DNA of 64,000 nt from an uncultured Pseudomonadota bacterium (lineage in GTDB: Bacteria; Pseudomonadota; Alphaproteobacteria; JACZXZ01), in the NCBI GenBank assembly GCA_963749075.1, contig CAVVLJ010000016.1:1024001-1088000 (forward strand), given 5' to 3'. The translations under genes and the position numbers were made by a program. The notes under the pieces were generated by a model. The model did no database searches. It was not told the origin of the DNA and saw only the letters and a program-made list of their open reading frames with translations. Shown here piece after piece: positions 30,039 to 41,644 of the stretch (its first letter is position 1; each line of letters begins with the position of its first letter).

Positions 30039-30941
30039 GTGGCTTACGCGGGATCGGCTCGTTGGGCAGGCGCGCTCGCCTTGCTCTTCATTGCAGGCTT
30101 CGCCTCCGTAGCCGACGCCTACACGGCCGCGGGCGACCGTACCTTCCCTGCCACCATCCTCATTCCGCAGATCGCACCCACCGACGAATTCTATCTCACC
30201 ACCTCCGCCACCCATCCGGCGCCGGGTCGGGATCTGACCAATTTCACCAGCGTCTACAACAAGACCATCACCGAGCGGCTGAGCTTCGGCATCAAGGACG
30301 GCTACAACTGGCTCGATCGTCCCGGCGTCGCCACCCTCAGCGGCTTCCAGAACCTCGAGACCACGGCCAGATATCTCGCGGTCCTCGATCCGGAGAGCGA
30401 GTTTCTCGCCTCGCTCGGCGTCGACCGCGCCTGGGGCGGCACGGGCCAGGCGGCGCTCGGCGCCAGCGCAAGCCCCAAGGGCGCCACCACGCCTCAGTTC
30501 ACCTTCGGCAAAGGCATGCTCGACATCGGTGCCGATTATCTGCGCCCGGTCGGGCTCGCCGGGATCGCGGGCTACCAGATATCCGACGGCAAGCCGCGTC
30601 CGGACTTGTGGCAGCTCGGCTTCGCGCTCGACTACTCGATCCCCTACCTCGAAGCCAAGGTGCAAAGCGTCGACCTGCCGGACTTCGTTCGCGCGCTCAC
30701 GCCGCTCGTCGAGGTCCTCTTCGGCGTTCCGAGCGGCAGCAGCTTCGGCGCCAGGACGACGATCACGGTGGCGCCCGGCGTCAATTATGCGGGCGGAGGC
30801 TGGGAGTTCGGCCTCGAGGCCCTGCTGCCGGCGACGCGGGCGACCGGGAGCGGCGTCGGCGTGGCGGCGCAACTCCATTTCTCGCTCGATTACCTCTTCG
30901 CCGGCGGCTTCCTCGGAAGGCCCATCTTCTCGTCGGATTGA
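30039..30941 (+). CDS. Secreted protein, putative outer-membrane beta-barrel
   Basis: Signal peptide, AGDRTFPAT N-terminus, amphipathic beta-strand pattern, DYSIPYL, AQLHFSLDYLF. Confidence 0.7.
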   Translation: MAYAGSARWAGALALLFIAGFASVADAYTAAGDRTFPATILIPQIAPTDEFYLTTSATHPAPGRDLTNFTSVYNKTITERLSFGIKDGYNWLDRPGVATLSGFQNLETTARYLAVLDPESEFLASLGVDRAWGGTGQAALGASASPKGATTPQFTFGKGMLDIGADYLRPVGLAGIAGYQISDGKPRPDLWQLGFALDYSIPYLEAKVQSVDLPDFVRALTPLVEVLFGVPSGSSFGARTTITVAPGVNYAGGGWEFGLEALLPATRATGSGVGVAAQLHFSLDYLFAGGFLGRPIFSSD

Positions 30942-30963
30942 GCAGCGGAGCCGAGCGCGCAGC

Positions 30964-31686
30964 CTAATAGCACCTCACCACCTCGCCGTGCCGCGTGCAG
31001 CCGGGTGCTGCGAGCGCCACGAAATGGTGTGCCACCGCATCGGGGTGGGGGAGCGTCGAGGGGTTCTCGCCGGGGAAGGCCTCGGCGCGCATGGCGGTGC
31101 GCACGACGCCGGGATCGAGGAGGTTGACGCGCAGCCTCGTCTTGCTCGTCTCGCCGGCATAGGTGCGCACCATCATCTCGAGGGCGGCCTTGCTCGCCGC
31201 GTAGGCGCCCCAATAGGGAAAGACGCCCGAGCCGGCGCCCGAGGTCACGAAGATGGCGCGGCCGGCATCCGATTGGCGCAAGAGCGGGTCCATGCTGCGG
31301 ATGAGCCGCCAGTTGGCGGTGAGGTTGACCGCCATCACCTCGGCCCACGCCGGCGGGTCGATGTGGCCGAGCGGCGAGAGCACGCCGAGCACGCCCGCGT
31401 TGCCGACCAGGATGTCGAGCCTGCCGTAGCGCTCGTAGAGTGCGGCTCCCAGGCGGTCGATCTGCTCGGCCTCCTTGAGGTCGAGGGGGACGAGGGTTGC
31501 CGTCCCGCCGGCCGCCTGGACGGCGTCGTCCACCTCCTCGAGCCCGCCGACCGTGCGCGCCGCCAGCACGACGTGGGCGCCCTCGGCCGCGAAGCGCCGC
31601 GCCACCGCGGCGCCGATGCCGCGCGAGGCGCCGGTGATGAGGGCGATGCGGCCGTGAAGGGTCTGATTTGGCGGGTCCGCTGCCAT
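30964..31686 (-). CDS. SDR oxidoreductase (YciK-like), downstream of purF
   Basis: TGASRGIG, GNAG, YAASK, RTAMRAEAFPGE. Confidence 0.92.
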   Translation of the reverse strand: MAADPPNQTLHGRIALITGASRGIGAAVARRFAAEGAHVVLAARTVGGLEEVDDAVQAAGGTATLVPLDLKEAEQIDRLGAALYERYGRLDILVGNAGVLGVLSPLGHIDPPAWAEVMAVNLTANWRLIRSMDPLLRQSDAGRAIFVTSGAGSGVFPYWGAYAASKAALEMMVRTYAGETSKTRLRVNLLDPGVVRTAMRAEAFPGENPSTLPHPDAVAHHFVALAAPGCTRHGEVVRCY

Positions 31687-31787
31687 CCCCCCTCCCTACC
31701 CTCCCCCTCAAGGGGGGAGGGGAAGTTCACGAGCAGGCCCGATAAGAACCCCCTCCCCCCTTGAGGGGGAGGGTTGGGGTGGGGGGA
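31686..31787. repeat. REP-like family A doublet between purF and SDR
   Basis: ccctccccctcaaggggggagggg...cccctccccccttgagggggagggttggggtgggggg. Confidence 0.88.
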
Positions 31788-31821
31788 CAGCCCAACGACA
31801 ACGGCGGAGGCATCACCCGGC

Positions 31822-33294
<1,473 letters not shown>

Positions 33295-33316
33295 GGCCGT
33301 TTAGCCCTCGCCTCCG

Positions 33317-33976
33317 TCACTGGGTGCTCTGGAACAGCCGGTTCATGTCCTTGATCTCATCGCGGTTATACCCCTCGCGGTCCTTGGGCGCATCAGCTTT
33401 GGGGGCCGGTTGGCTCAATTGGTCGAACTCCTGCTTGGCAGCTATGCCCTCGCGCGTCTTGGCCGCGGCGTCGTTCACCGCCTGGGCGCCGCGGCGCTTG
33501 GCGCTCTCGGGGATGAGCTGCTCGATGAGGCGGGCGCCGCGCTCGATGATCGGCATGGTGCGCGCCTCGCGCACCCAGGAGGGGTACTGGTCAGCCGAGG
33601 TGAAGGCCCAGCCGAGCGCCAGATAGCCGAGGCAGACCACGACGGCCCCGCGCACCAGCCCGAAGACGAGCCCCAGCGACTTGTCGAGCGTGCTGAAGTT
33701 GCTCTGGTGCACGCGCCGGGCGATGACGTGGGTGATCGTCGAGAGGATGACGAGGACGATGACGAAGACGGTGACGCCGGCGGCACCATCGGCCAGCCAC
33801 GGCACGGCGATGAACTTGCGGAACCAGGGCGTCACCCAGCGGAAGACGTAGAGGGTGGCGAAGGCGGCTCCCACCCAGCCGGCGACGCCGAGCACCTCCT
33901 TGACGAAGCCGCGGATGAGCGCGAAGAGGCCGGAGACCAGGAGGATGACCAGGACGGCGATGTCGGTCGTGTTCAT
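33317..33976 (-). CDS. cvpA: CvpA family membrane protein
   Basis: RGFVKEVL, DKSLGLVFGLVRG; directly upstream of purF. Confidence 0.92.
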   Translation of the reverse strand: MNTTDIAVLVILLVSGLFALIRGFVKEVLGVAGWVGAAFATLYVFRWVTPWFRKFIAVPWLADGAAGVTVFVIVLVILSTITHVIARRVHQSNFSTLDKSLGLVFGLVRGAVVVCLGYLALGWAFTSADQYPSWVREARTMPIIERGARLIEQLIPESAKRRGAQAVNDAAAKTREGIAAKQEFDQLSQPAPKADAPKDREGYNRDEIKDMNRLFQSTQ

Positions 33977-33989
33977 GGCGCTGCCGTCA

Positions 33990-35426
33990 TCATGCGTTGA
34001 GCTCAGCACCCTTGGCGCGCGCCGGCTTGCCGGGGAGGCCGCCCGCCCCATCCTCGAAGAGCGCCAGAAGCTCGTGGAGCCGCCCCACTTCGGTGAGGCG
34101 CAGCCCTGCAGCACCAAGCGCCGCTGCGCCGGGGAGCGCTCCCTTGCGCGGCCGCGCCGGCACGATGGCGTGGCTGAAGCCGAGCTTGGCAGCCTCCTTG
34201 AGGCGCTGATCCATATGGTTCACCGGCCGCACCTCGCCCGAGAGGCCGATCTCTCCGAACACCACCGTCTCGGGCGGCACGGGCCTGTCGGTGTGCGATG
34301 AGGCGAGCGCTGCCGCGACCGCCAGGTCCGCCGCCGGCTCGGCGATGCGCAGTCCGCCCGCCACGTTCAAATAGACATCCCGGCCCACAAGAGCAAGGCC
34401 GCAGCGCGCCTCGAGCACGGCGAGCACCATGGCGAGCCGGCCGCCGTCCCAGCCGATCACGGCGCGCCGCGGCGTCGCCAGCGCCGAGGGTGCGACGAGC
34501 GCCTGGATCTCGACCAGCATGGGGCGGGTGCCCTCGATGCCGGCGAACACCGCCGAGCCGCTCACCGGCCGCTCGCGCTCCGAGAGGAAGAGGGCGGAAG
34601 GGTTGCTCACCTCGATGAGACCGCGGTCGGTCATCTCGAAGACGCCGATCTCGTCGGTCGGGCCGAAGCGGTTCTTGACCGCGCGCAGGATGCGGAACTG
34701 GTGGCCGCGCTCGCCCTCGAAATAGAGCACCGTGTCGACCATGTGCTCGAGCACGCGGGGGCCGGCGATCTGGCCCTCCTTGGTGACGTGGCCGACCATG
34801 AGCACGCTCGTCCCCCGGCGCTTGGCCACCCGGATGAGCTCCTGGGCCGAGGCGCGCACCTGGGCGACCGTGCCGGGCGCCGAGTCGAGGCTGTCGACAT
34901 ACATGGTCTGGATCGAGTCGATCACCGCGATGGCGGGACCGTCGGGCTGATCGAGGCAGGTCAGGATGTCGCGGATGCTGGTGGCGGCGGCAAGCTCGAC
35001 CGGTGCTGAGGCGAGGCCCATGCGCGCGGCGCGCATGCGCACCTGGTCGACCGCCTCCTCGCCCGAGATATAGACAGCACTGGCATCCTGGGCGAGGCGC
35101 GCGGTGGCCTGGAGCAGGAGGGTCGACTTGCCGATGCCGGGATCGCCGCCGACGAGCACGGCGGAGGCGGGTACTAAGCCGCCGCCGCACACGCGGTCGA
35201 ACTCGAGGATGCCGCTCGCGCGGCGCGGCAGTGCCGCTGCGGGGCCGTCCAGGCGCGCGAGCGCGAGCGCCCGGCCCTTGCCGCCGTCGAGACCGCGGGG
35301 GCTTGCCTCGCGTGCGAGCTCCTCGACGATGCTGTTCCAGGCGCCGCAAGCCTCGCAGCGGCCCTGCCAGCGCCGGTGGCTGGCACCGCATTCCTGGCAG
35401 ACATAACGGCTCTGCGGTTTGGCCAC
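33990..35426 (-). CDS. radA: DNA repair protein RadA/Sms
   Basis: Zn finger CQECG...CEACG, GGDPGIGKST, KNRFG, Lon-like C-terminus. Confidence 0.98.
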   Translation of the reverse strand: MAKPQSRYVCQECGASHRRWQGRCEACGAWNSIVEELAREASPRGLDGGKGRALALARLDGPAAALPRRASGILEFDRVCGGGLVPASAVLVGGDPGIGKSTLLLQATARLAQDASAVYISGEEAVDQVRMRAARMGLASAPVELAAATSIRDILTCLDQPDGPAIAVIDSIQTMYVDSLDSAPGTVAQVRASAQELIRVAKRRGTSVLMVGHVTKEGQIAGPRVLEHMVDTVLYFEGERGHQFRILRAVKNRFGPTDEIGVFEMTDRGLIEVSNPSALFLSERERPVSGSAVFAGIEGTRPMLVEIQALVAPSALATPRRAVIGWDGGRLAMVLAVLEARCGLALVGRDVYLNVAGGLRIAEPAADLAVAAALASSHTDRPVPPETVVFGEIGLSGEVRPVNHMDQRLKEAAKLGFSHAIVPARPRKGALPGAAALGAAGLRLTEVGRLHELLALFEDGAGGLPGKPARAKGAELNA

Positions 35427-35464
35427 TTAAGCGCGACCTCCGAGGTGCTGCCGCCTCAGGCGGC

Positions 35465-36241
35465 TCACGCCCGCACCTCCATCTTGATCGGTCCCTCGGC
35501 GCGGCCGTTGATGAACTGGTCGAGGTAGGCGTTCTCGGCGTCCTCGAGCTCCGCCACCTTGCCGCTCCAGATGATCTTGCCGCCGTAGAGCATGGCGATG
35601 CGGTCGGCGATCTTGCGGGCACTCGCCATGTCGTGGGTGATGGAGAGCGCCGTCACCCCCAGCTCGCTCACGCATTTGCGGATGAGGTCGTTGATCACGT
35701 CGCCCATGATCGGGTCGAGGCCGGTCGTGGGCTCGTCGAAGAAGATGATCTCGGGGTCGGTGGCGATGGCGCGCGCGAGACCCACGCGCTTCTTCATGCC
35801 GCCCGAAAGCTCGGCGGGCGCAACCTCGGCCACCTCGGGCCCGAGCCCGACTTGCGCCAGCTTGCCGAGTGCGATCGCCTTGGCCTCCGCGCGCTTGAGG
35901 CCTTTGCCCTGGACCAGGCCGAAGGCGACGTTCTCCCACACCGGCAGGCTGTCGAAGAGGGCGGCACCCTGGAAGAGCATGCCGAACTTGCGCAGGATCG
36001 GCTCGCGCCGCTGCCAGCCGATCCCCACCACCTCCTCGCCGTCGACCTCGATCGAGCCGCGCTCCGGCTCGAGCAACCCGAGGATGCATTTGAGGGTCAC
36101 CGACTTGCCCGAGCCCGAGCCGCCGATCACCACCACCGACTCGGCGACGCCGATGTCGAGGTCGACTCCGGTCAGCACCTCCTTGGCGGCGAAGCGCTTG
36201 TGCACGTCTTTGAGGCGGATCTTCGGCCTGGCGCTGCTCAT
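35465..36241 (-). CDS. mlaF: MlaF/Ttg2A ABC ATPase
   Basis: GGSGSGKS, FQGAALFDS, LSGGMKKRV, DEPTTGLDP. Confidence 0.9.
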   Translation of the reverse strand: MSSARPKIRLKDVHKRFAAKEVLTGVDLDIGVAESVVVIGGSGSGKSVTLKCILGLLEPERGSIEVDGEEVVGIGWQRREPILRKFGMLFQGAALFDSLPVWENVAFGLVQGKGLKRAEAKAIALGKLAQVGLGPEVAEVAPAELSGGMKKRVGLARAIATDPEIIFFDEPTTGLDPIMGDVINDLIRKCVSELGVTALSITHDMASARKIADRIAMLYGGKIIWSGKVAELEDAENAYLDQFINGRAEGPIKMEVRA

Positions 36242-36335
36242 GCGGAAAGGCTCGCTCCTCGGCTCGCCGCCGGTTCATTCGGGTGCCGCCGATTATGCGC
36301 CGCTCGAGAGCCCCGGGACAAGCGCGGCTCTCGCC

Positions 36336-37115
36336 TCAGGTGCCGAAGAACATCGCGGTCAGCACGTAATTGAAGGCGAAGATGAGGGCCGAGGCCGAGA
36401 CCACGGCGTTGGTCGTGGCGGCACCCACGCCCTCGGCGCCGCCCTTGGAATGATAGCCGTGGTAGCAGCCCATGAGCGCTATGAGAAAGCCGAAGACGCC
36501 GGCCTTCACCAGTCCCGAGACCACGTCGAGGGTCTTGAGGTCGTCCCAGGTCAGCTTGATGTAGTTGGCCGGGTTGAAGCCGAGCTTGTGGACGCCGACG
36601 ATGTAGCCGCCGAACACGCCGATGATGTCGGCGACGAAGACGAGGCAGGGCAGCATGGCAAAGCCGGCGACGAGGCGCGGCACCACGAGATACTTGAAGG
36701 GGTCGGTCGAGAGCGTCACCAGCGCGTCGATCTGCTCGGTCACCCGCATGGTGCCGATCTCGGCGGCCATGGCGGCACCGACGCGCCCCGCCACCATGAG
36801 GCCGGCGAGCACGGGGGCGAGCTCGCGCGTAATGGCGAGCACGACCACGGTCGGGATCGCCCCCTCGGCATTGAAGCGCGTGAAGCCGGTGTAGCTCTGC
36901 AGCGCCAGCACCATGCCGGTGAAGATCGCGGTCAAGCCCACGACCGGCAGCGAGAAGTAGCCGATCTGGACCATCTGCTGGCCGATGAGGCGCAGGAAGA
37001 AGGGCGGCCGGATGCAGTGGGAGAGGGCGATGCCGGTGAAGAGGGTGAGGCGGCCCGCCACCGCGAGGAAGGCGAGGGCGACGCGTCCGATCGGGGCCAG
37101 GACGGCTGAAATCAC
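36336..37115 (-). CDS. mlaE: MlaE ABC permease
   Basis: RELAPVLAGLMVAGRVGAAMAAEIGTMRVTEQIDAL, GAEGVGAATT. Confidence 0.93.
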   Translation of the reverse strand: MISAVLAPIGRVALAFLAVAGRLTLFTGIALSHCIRPPFFLRLIGQQMVQIGYFSLPVVGLTAIFTGMVLALQSYTGFTRFNAEGAIPTVVVLAITRELAPVLAGLMVAGRVGAAMAAEIGTMRVTEQIDALVTLSTDPFKYLVVPRLVAGFAMLPCLVFVADIIGVFGGYIVGVHKLGFNPANYIKLTWDDLKTLDVVSGLVKAGVFGFLIALMGCYHGYHSKGGAEGVGAATTNAVVSASALIFAFNYVLTAMFFGT

Positions 37116-37300
37116 CGCTCAAGCCCCGCGGGCGGCCGGCTGATCGGCGGTATCGGGCGCGAAGCGAGCCATTCCCAAGCGGTCCCCGAGAGGTGCAAGG
37201 CATTCCTTGCGGCATCGCCGCCGCGGCCAAAATCAGCCGCCACCACGACCGACGCCGACCGCCGGGAGAGGCGCGGCGGCCGGCGTCCGGTGAGGCCCGC

Positions 37301-37329
37301 ACGATAGCCAACGGCCCTCTCAGTGTCAA
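37301..37329 (-). promoter_or_regulatory. Near-consensus sigma70 promoter for mlaEF-radA-cvpA-purF
   Basis: Minus strand TTGACA-17 nt-TATCGT. Confidence 0.65.
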
Positions 37330-37461
37330 CGCGGGCCGCGGCGGATTTGGACTGCGGGGACAACGGGTTGCGCAATCGGGCGGGTAAACGGCGCGTTTCC
37401 CGTTCCGCTTTGCGGCGCCGTCTCATACGATGGGCTGGCCCGTGAGGAGGAGGCAGCACCG

Positions 37462-39909
37462 GTGCCCAAGAGCCTGCCCAGCCATGCCCGCGTCGTCGTC
37501 ATCGGCGGCGGGGCCGTCGGCTGCTCGATCGCCTATCACCTGACCAAGCTCGGCTGGCAGGACGTGGTCCTCCTCGAGCGCAAGCGGCTCACGAGCGGCA
37601 CCACCTGGCATGCCGCCGGGCTCATCGGGCAACTGCGCGCCACGCTCAACATGACGCGGCTCGCGCAATATACCGCCGGGCTCTATGCCGGGCTCGAGGC
37701 GGAGACCGGCCAGGCGACCGGCTGGAAGCAGCGCGGCAGCATCGCCATCGCCGCCACCCCCGGCCGCTTCGAGGAGCTCCTACGCGGCGCCTCGATGGCC
37801 AAGACCTTCGGCCTAGAGGTGCATGAGGTCGGCCGTGACGAGATCAAGCGCCATTGGCCGCTGCTCGACGTGAGCGACGTGGTGGGCGGGGTCTTCCTCC
37901 CCAAGGACGGCCAGACCAACCCGGTCGATACCACCGTGGCGCTCGCCAAAGGCGCCGCGATGCGCGGCGCGCAAATCTTCGAGGAGACGAAGGTGAGCGC
38001 CATTCTCCGCGAGCGGGGCCGTGCCGCAGGCGTCGCGACCGAGCGCGGCGAGATCAGGGCCGAGCACGTTGTTATCGCAACGGGCATGTGGTCGCGCGTG
38101 CTGGGTGCGAGTTGCGGCGTCAATATCCCGCTCCAGGCCTGCGAGCATTTCTATGTGGTGACCGAGGATTTCCCCGAGCTCGCGCCGACGCTCCCGGTGC
38201 TCCGCGACCCCGACCATTGCGCCTACTTCAAGGAGGACGCCGGCAAGCTCCTCTTCGGCGCCTTCGAGCCCAAGGCCAAGCCCTGGGCGGTGGACGGCAT
38301 TCCCGAGGATTTCGAGTTCGGCGAGCTTCCCGAGGATTTCGACCATTTCCAGCCCATCCTCGAGGCGGCGATGCGGCGGTTGCCGGCGCTCGAGCGCGTC
38401 GGCATCCGCAAATTCTTCAACGGCCCCGAGAGCTTCACGCCCGACGTGCGCTATATGCTCGGCGAGGCGCCCGAGCTCCCCGGCCTCTTCGTCGCCGCCG
38501 GCTTCAACTCGACGGGCATCCAGTCCGCGGGCGGGGCAGGGAAGGTGCTCGCCGAGTGGATCGTCGGCGGCCATCCGCCGATGGACTTGTGGGACGTGGA
38601 CATCAGGCGCATGCAGCCCTTCCAGGGCAACCGGCGCTATCTCGCCGAGCGCGTCTCCGAGTCCTTGGGCCTCCTCTACGCCATGCACTGGCCCTACCGC
38701 CAGTACGAGACGGCGCGCGGCGCGCGCCTGACGCCGCTCTACGCGCGGCTCAAGGAGTACCACGCCTGCTTCGGCGAGACGGCGGGCTGGGAGCGCGCCA
38801 ACTGGTTCGCCACCGACGGCGTGGCACCGCGCTACGAATACAGCTACGGGCGGCAGAACTGGTTCGCCGAGGCGGCGGCCGAGCACAAGGCGGCGCGCGA
38901 GACGGTGGCACTCTTCGACCAGTCGAGCTTCGCCAAGTTCCTCGTCGAGGGCAGAGATGCCGAAGCTCTGCTCCAGCGCCTCTCCGCCAACGACGTAGCC
39001 ACCCCGCCCGGCCGCGTCGTCTATACCCAGTGGCTCAACGAGCGCGGCGGCATCGAGGCCGATCTCACGGTCGCGCGCCTCTCCGAGACGAGCTACATGG
39101 TGGTGACGGCGACCGCCACCGGCGTGCGCGACCTCAACTGGCTCAAGCGCCACATCCCGGAGGGCGCCCAAGCCCTCGCGACCGACGTGACCTCGGGCTA
39201 CGCCATGCTGAGCCTGATGGGCCCGGCGAGCCGCGCGCTCCTCGAGGCACTCTCGGGCGAGGACCTCTCGAACGGCAGCTTCCCCTTCGGCAGCACGCGC
39301 GAGCTCGAGATCGGCTACGCCAGGGTGCGCGCCCAGCGCATCACCTATGTGGGCGAGCTCGGCTGGGAGCTTTATATGGGAAGCGAGTTCGCGGTCGGCG
39401 TCTTCGACGCCATCATGGCAGCAGGTCCCCCCTTCGGCCTGCGCCTCGCCGGCATGCATGCAATGGACTCCTGCCGCATGGAGAAGGCGTACCGAAGCTG
39501 GGGCCACGACATCTCGGACGAGGATACGCCCATCGAGGCGGGCCTCATGTTCGCGGTCAAGCTCGACAAGAACCTCGACTTCATCGGCCGCGAGGCGCTC
39601 CTGCGCGCGCGCGAGCAGCGCACGACCAAGCGGCTCCTCCAGCTCGCCCTCCAGGATCCCAAGCCGCTCCTCTACCACAACGAGCCCATCTTGTGCTGTG
39701 GCCGCATCGCCGGCCGCACCACCTCGGGCGCCTACGGCCATCACCTCGGCCGCGCCATAGCCCTCGGCTACGTACACGACGAAGGCGGCGTCGACGCGCA
39801 TTACGTGGCGAGCGGCAAGTTCGAGATCGAGGTCGCGGGCAAGCGCCATGCCGCCATCGCGAGCTTGGCACCGATGTACGATCCGAAGGGGCTGCGGATA
39901 AAAGCCTGA
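37462..39909 (+). CDS. FAD-dependent GcvT-family oxidoreductase (sarcosine/dimethylglycine dehydrogenase-like)
   Basis: VVIGGGAVG, TSGTTWHAAG, NGPESFTPD, GELGWE, RMEKAYRSWG. Confidence 0.92.
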   Translation: MPKSLPSHARVVVIGGGAVGCSIAYHLTKLGWQDVVLLERKRLTSGTTWHAAGLIGQLRATLNMTRLAQYTAGLYAGLEAETGQATGWKQRGSIAIAATPGRFEELLRGASMAKTFGLEVHEVGRDEIKRHWPLLDVSDVVGGVFLPKDGQTNPVDTTVALAKGAAMRGAQIFEETKVSAILRERGRAAGVATERGEIRAEHVVIATGMWSRVLGASCGVNIPLQACEHFYVVTEDFPELAPTLPVLRDPDHCAYFKEDAGKLLFGAFEPKAKPWAVDGIPEDFEFGELPEDFDHFQPILEAAMRRLPALERVGIRKFFNGPESFTPDVRYMLGEAPELPGLFVAAGFNSTGIQSAGGAGKVLAEWIVGGHPPMDLWDVDIRRMQPFQGNRRYLAERVSESLGLLYAMHWPYRQYETARGARLTPLYARLKEYHACFGETAGWERANWFATDGVAPRYEYSYGRQNWFAEAAAEHKAARETVALFDQSSFAKFLVEGRDAEALLQRLSANDVATPPGRVVYTQWLNERGGIEADLTVARLSETSYMVVTATATGVRDLNWLKRHIPEGAQALATDVTSGYAMLSLMGPASRALLEALSGEDLSNGSFPFGSTRELEIGYARVRAQRITYVGELGWELYMGSEFAVGVFDAIMAAGPPFGLRLAGMHAMDSCRMEKAYRSWGHDISDEDTPIEAGLMFAVKLDKNLDFIGREALLRAREQRTTKRLLQLALQDPKPLLYHNEPILCCGRIAGRTTSGAYGHHLGRAIALGYVHDEGGVDAHYVASGKFEIEVAGKRHAAIASLAPMYDPKGLRIKA

Positions 39910-39918
39910 GCGCCGCCG

Positions 39919-40008
39919 TCCCTCACCCTTCCCATCGCTTGCGCGATGGGCCCCTTCCCTCTCCCGCAAGCGGGAGAGGGTGGCGAGCGCAGCGAGCCGG
40001 GTGAGGGA
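39919..40008. repeat. Palindromic repeat family B between convergent genes
   Basis: tccctcaccc...gggtgaggga ends with internal ccctctcccgcaagcgggagaggg hairpin. Confidence 0.85.
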
Positions 40009-40018
40009 GGGCTCCGCC

Positions 40019-41515
40019 CTACCGCATCGTCGGCATGACGTACTCCGCACCCTTGCGGATGCCGGTCGGCCAGCGCGAGGTGACGGTCTTGAGCCGCGTA
40101 TAGAAGCGCACGCCCTCGGCGCCGTGCACGTAATGGTCGCCGAAGAGCGAGCGCTTCCAGCCGCCGAAGGAGTGGAAGGCCATGGGCACGGGGATCGGTA
40201 CGTTGATGCCGACCATGCCGATCCTGGCGCGCGCCGCGAAGTCGCGCGCGGCGTCGCCGTCGCGGGTGAAGATGGCCGTGCCGTTGCCGTACTCGTGGGC
40301 ATTCACAAGGCCGAGCGCCTCCTCGTAGCTCGTGCTGCGCACGACCGCGAGGACGGGTCCGAAGATCTCCTCCCGGTAGATGCGCATCTCCGGCTTGACC
40401 GCGTCGAAGAGGCAGCCGCCGATGAAATAGCCGTTCTCGTAGCCTTGCAGCTTGAGGCCGCGGCCGTCGACCGCGAGCTTGGCCCCCTCCTTGATGCCGA
40501 GGTCGACGTAGCCCTTGACGCGCTCATAGGCCTCCCTGGTGACGAGCGGGCCCATCTCGGCCTCGGGGTCCGTATAGGGGCCGATCTTGAGCCCGCGCAC
40601 GCGCGGTGCGAGCTTCGCCATGAGGGCATCGCCGGCACCGGCGACGGCGACCGCGACGGCGACCGCCATGCAGCGCTCGCCCGCCGAGCCGTAGGCGGCA
40701 CCCATGAGCGCGTCCGTCGCCTGCTCCATGTCGGCGTCCGGCAGCACGATCATGTGGTTCTTGGCACCGCCCAGCGCCTGCACGCGCTTATTGTGCGCGG
40801 TGCCGGTGTGATAGACGTATTCGGCGATGCGCGTCGAGCCGACGAAGCTCACCGCCTCGATGCCGGGGTGTGCGAGGATGGCGTCGACCGCCTCCTTGTC
40901 GCCGTTCACCACGTTGAGCACGCCGGGAGGCGCTCCCGCCTCGAGGAGGAGCTCGGCCAAAAGGAGCGGTGCCGTGGGATCGCGCTCGGAGGGCTTGAGC
41001 ACGAAGCAGTTGCCGCAGGCGACCGCCACCGGGAACATCCACATCGGCACCATGGCGGGAAAGTTGAAGGGTGTGATGCCGGCCACGACGCCGAGCGGCT
41101 GGCGCAGCGAATAGCTGTCGACGTTGGTGCCGACGTTCTCGCTGTACTCGCCCTTCAAGAGATGCGGGATGCCGCAGGCGAACTCGACGACCTCGATGCC
41201 GCGCGTCACCTCGCCGGTGGCGTCGGCCAGCACCTTGCCGTGCTCGCTGCCGATGATGCGCGCGAGCCGCTCGCGGTTCCGCTCGAGGAGCTCCTTGTAC
41301 TTGAAGAAGACGCGCGCGCGGACGAGCGGCGGCGTGGCCGCCCACTTCGGGAAGGCGGCCTTGCCGCTCTCTACGGCCGCATCGACCTCGGCAGCGCTCG
41401 CGAGCGGCACGCGCGCACTCGCCTCGCCGATGGCAGGGTTGAAGACATCGGCGAAACGCCCGCTCTTGCCCACCACGCTCTTGCCGCCGATGAAGTGATG
41501 GAGCTCGCTCGCCAT
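40019..41515 (-). CDS. mmsA: CoA-acylating (methyl)malonate-semialdehyde dehydrogenase
   Basis: [50 protein letters not shown]. Confidence 0.93.
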   Translation of the reverse strand: MASELHHFIGGKSVVGKSGRFADVFNPAIGEASARVPLASAAEVDAAVESGKAAFPKWAATPPLVRARVFFKYKELLERNRERLARIIGSEHGKVLADATGEVTRGIEVVEFACGIPHLLKGEYSENVGTNVDSYSLRQPLGVVAGITPFNFPAMVPMWMFPVAVACGNCFVLKPSERDPTAPLLLAELLLEAGAPPGVLNVVNGDKEAVDAILAHPGIEAVSFVGSTRIAEYVYHTGTAHNKRVQALGGAKNHMIVLPDADMEQATDALMGAAYGSAGERCMAVAVAVAVAGAGDALMAKLAPRVRGLKIGPYTDPEAEMGPLVTREAYERVKGYVDLGIKEGAKLAVDGRGLKLQGYENGYFIGGCLFDAVKPEMRIYREEIFGPVLAVVRSTSYEEALGLVNAHEYGNGTAIFTRDGDAARDFAARARIGMVGINVPIPVPMAFHSFGGWKRSLFGDHYVHGAEGVRFYTRLKTVTSRWPTGIRKGAEYVMPTMR

Positions 41516-41644
41516 GGCGTCCTCCCGGGAAAGTGCGTCCTTCGGCGCCACTCTAAGCGCGATCCCGGCCAAGGCCAACAGGAGAGCCTCGCGCGCTTGT
41601 GCCAGGTCATTGCCAGGGCGAGGGCGCGGCCGGAGAATAGGGTC

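Noticed and set aside
33317-33976. Bacteriocin system suggested by cvpA
   Set aside because: cvpA-purF is a housekeeping arrangement and no bacteriocin genes are present
35465-37115. mlaEF without mlaD as an anomaly
   Set aside because: Split mla loci next to radA are, to my knowledge, common in Alphaproteobacteria
41596-41616. Possible sigma54 site (TGGCAATGACCTGGC, minus strand) upstream of mmsA
   Set aside because: Only GG-N10-GC spacing with a weak -12 element; likely by chance at this GC content
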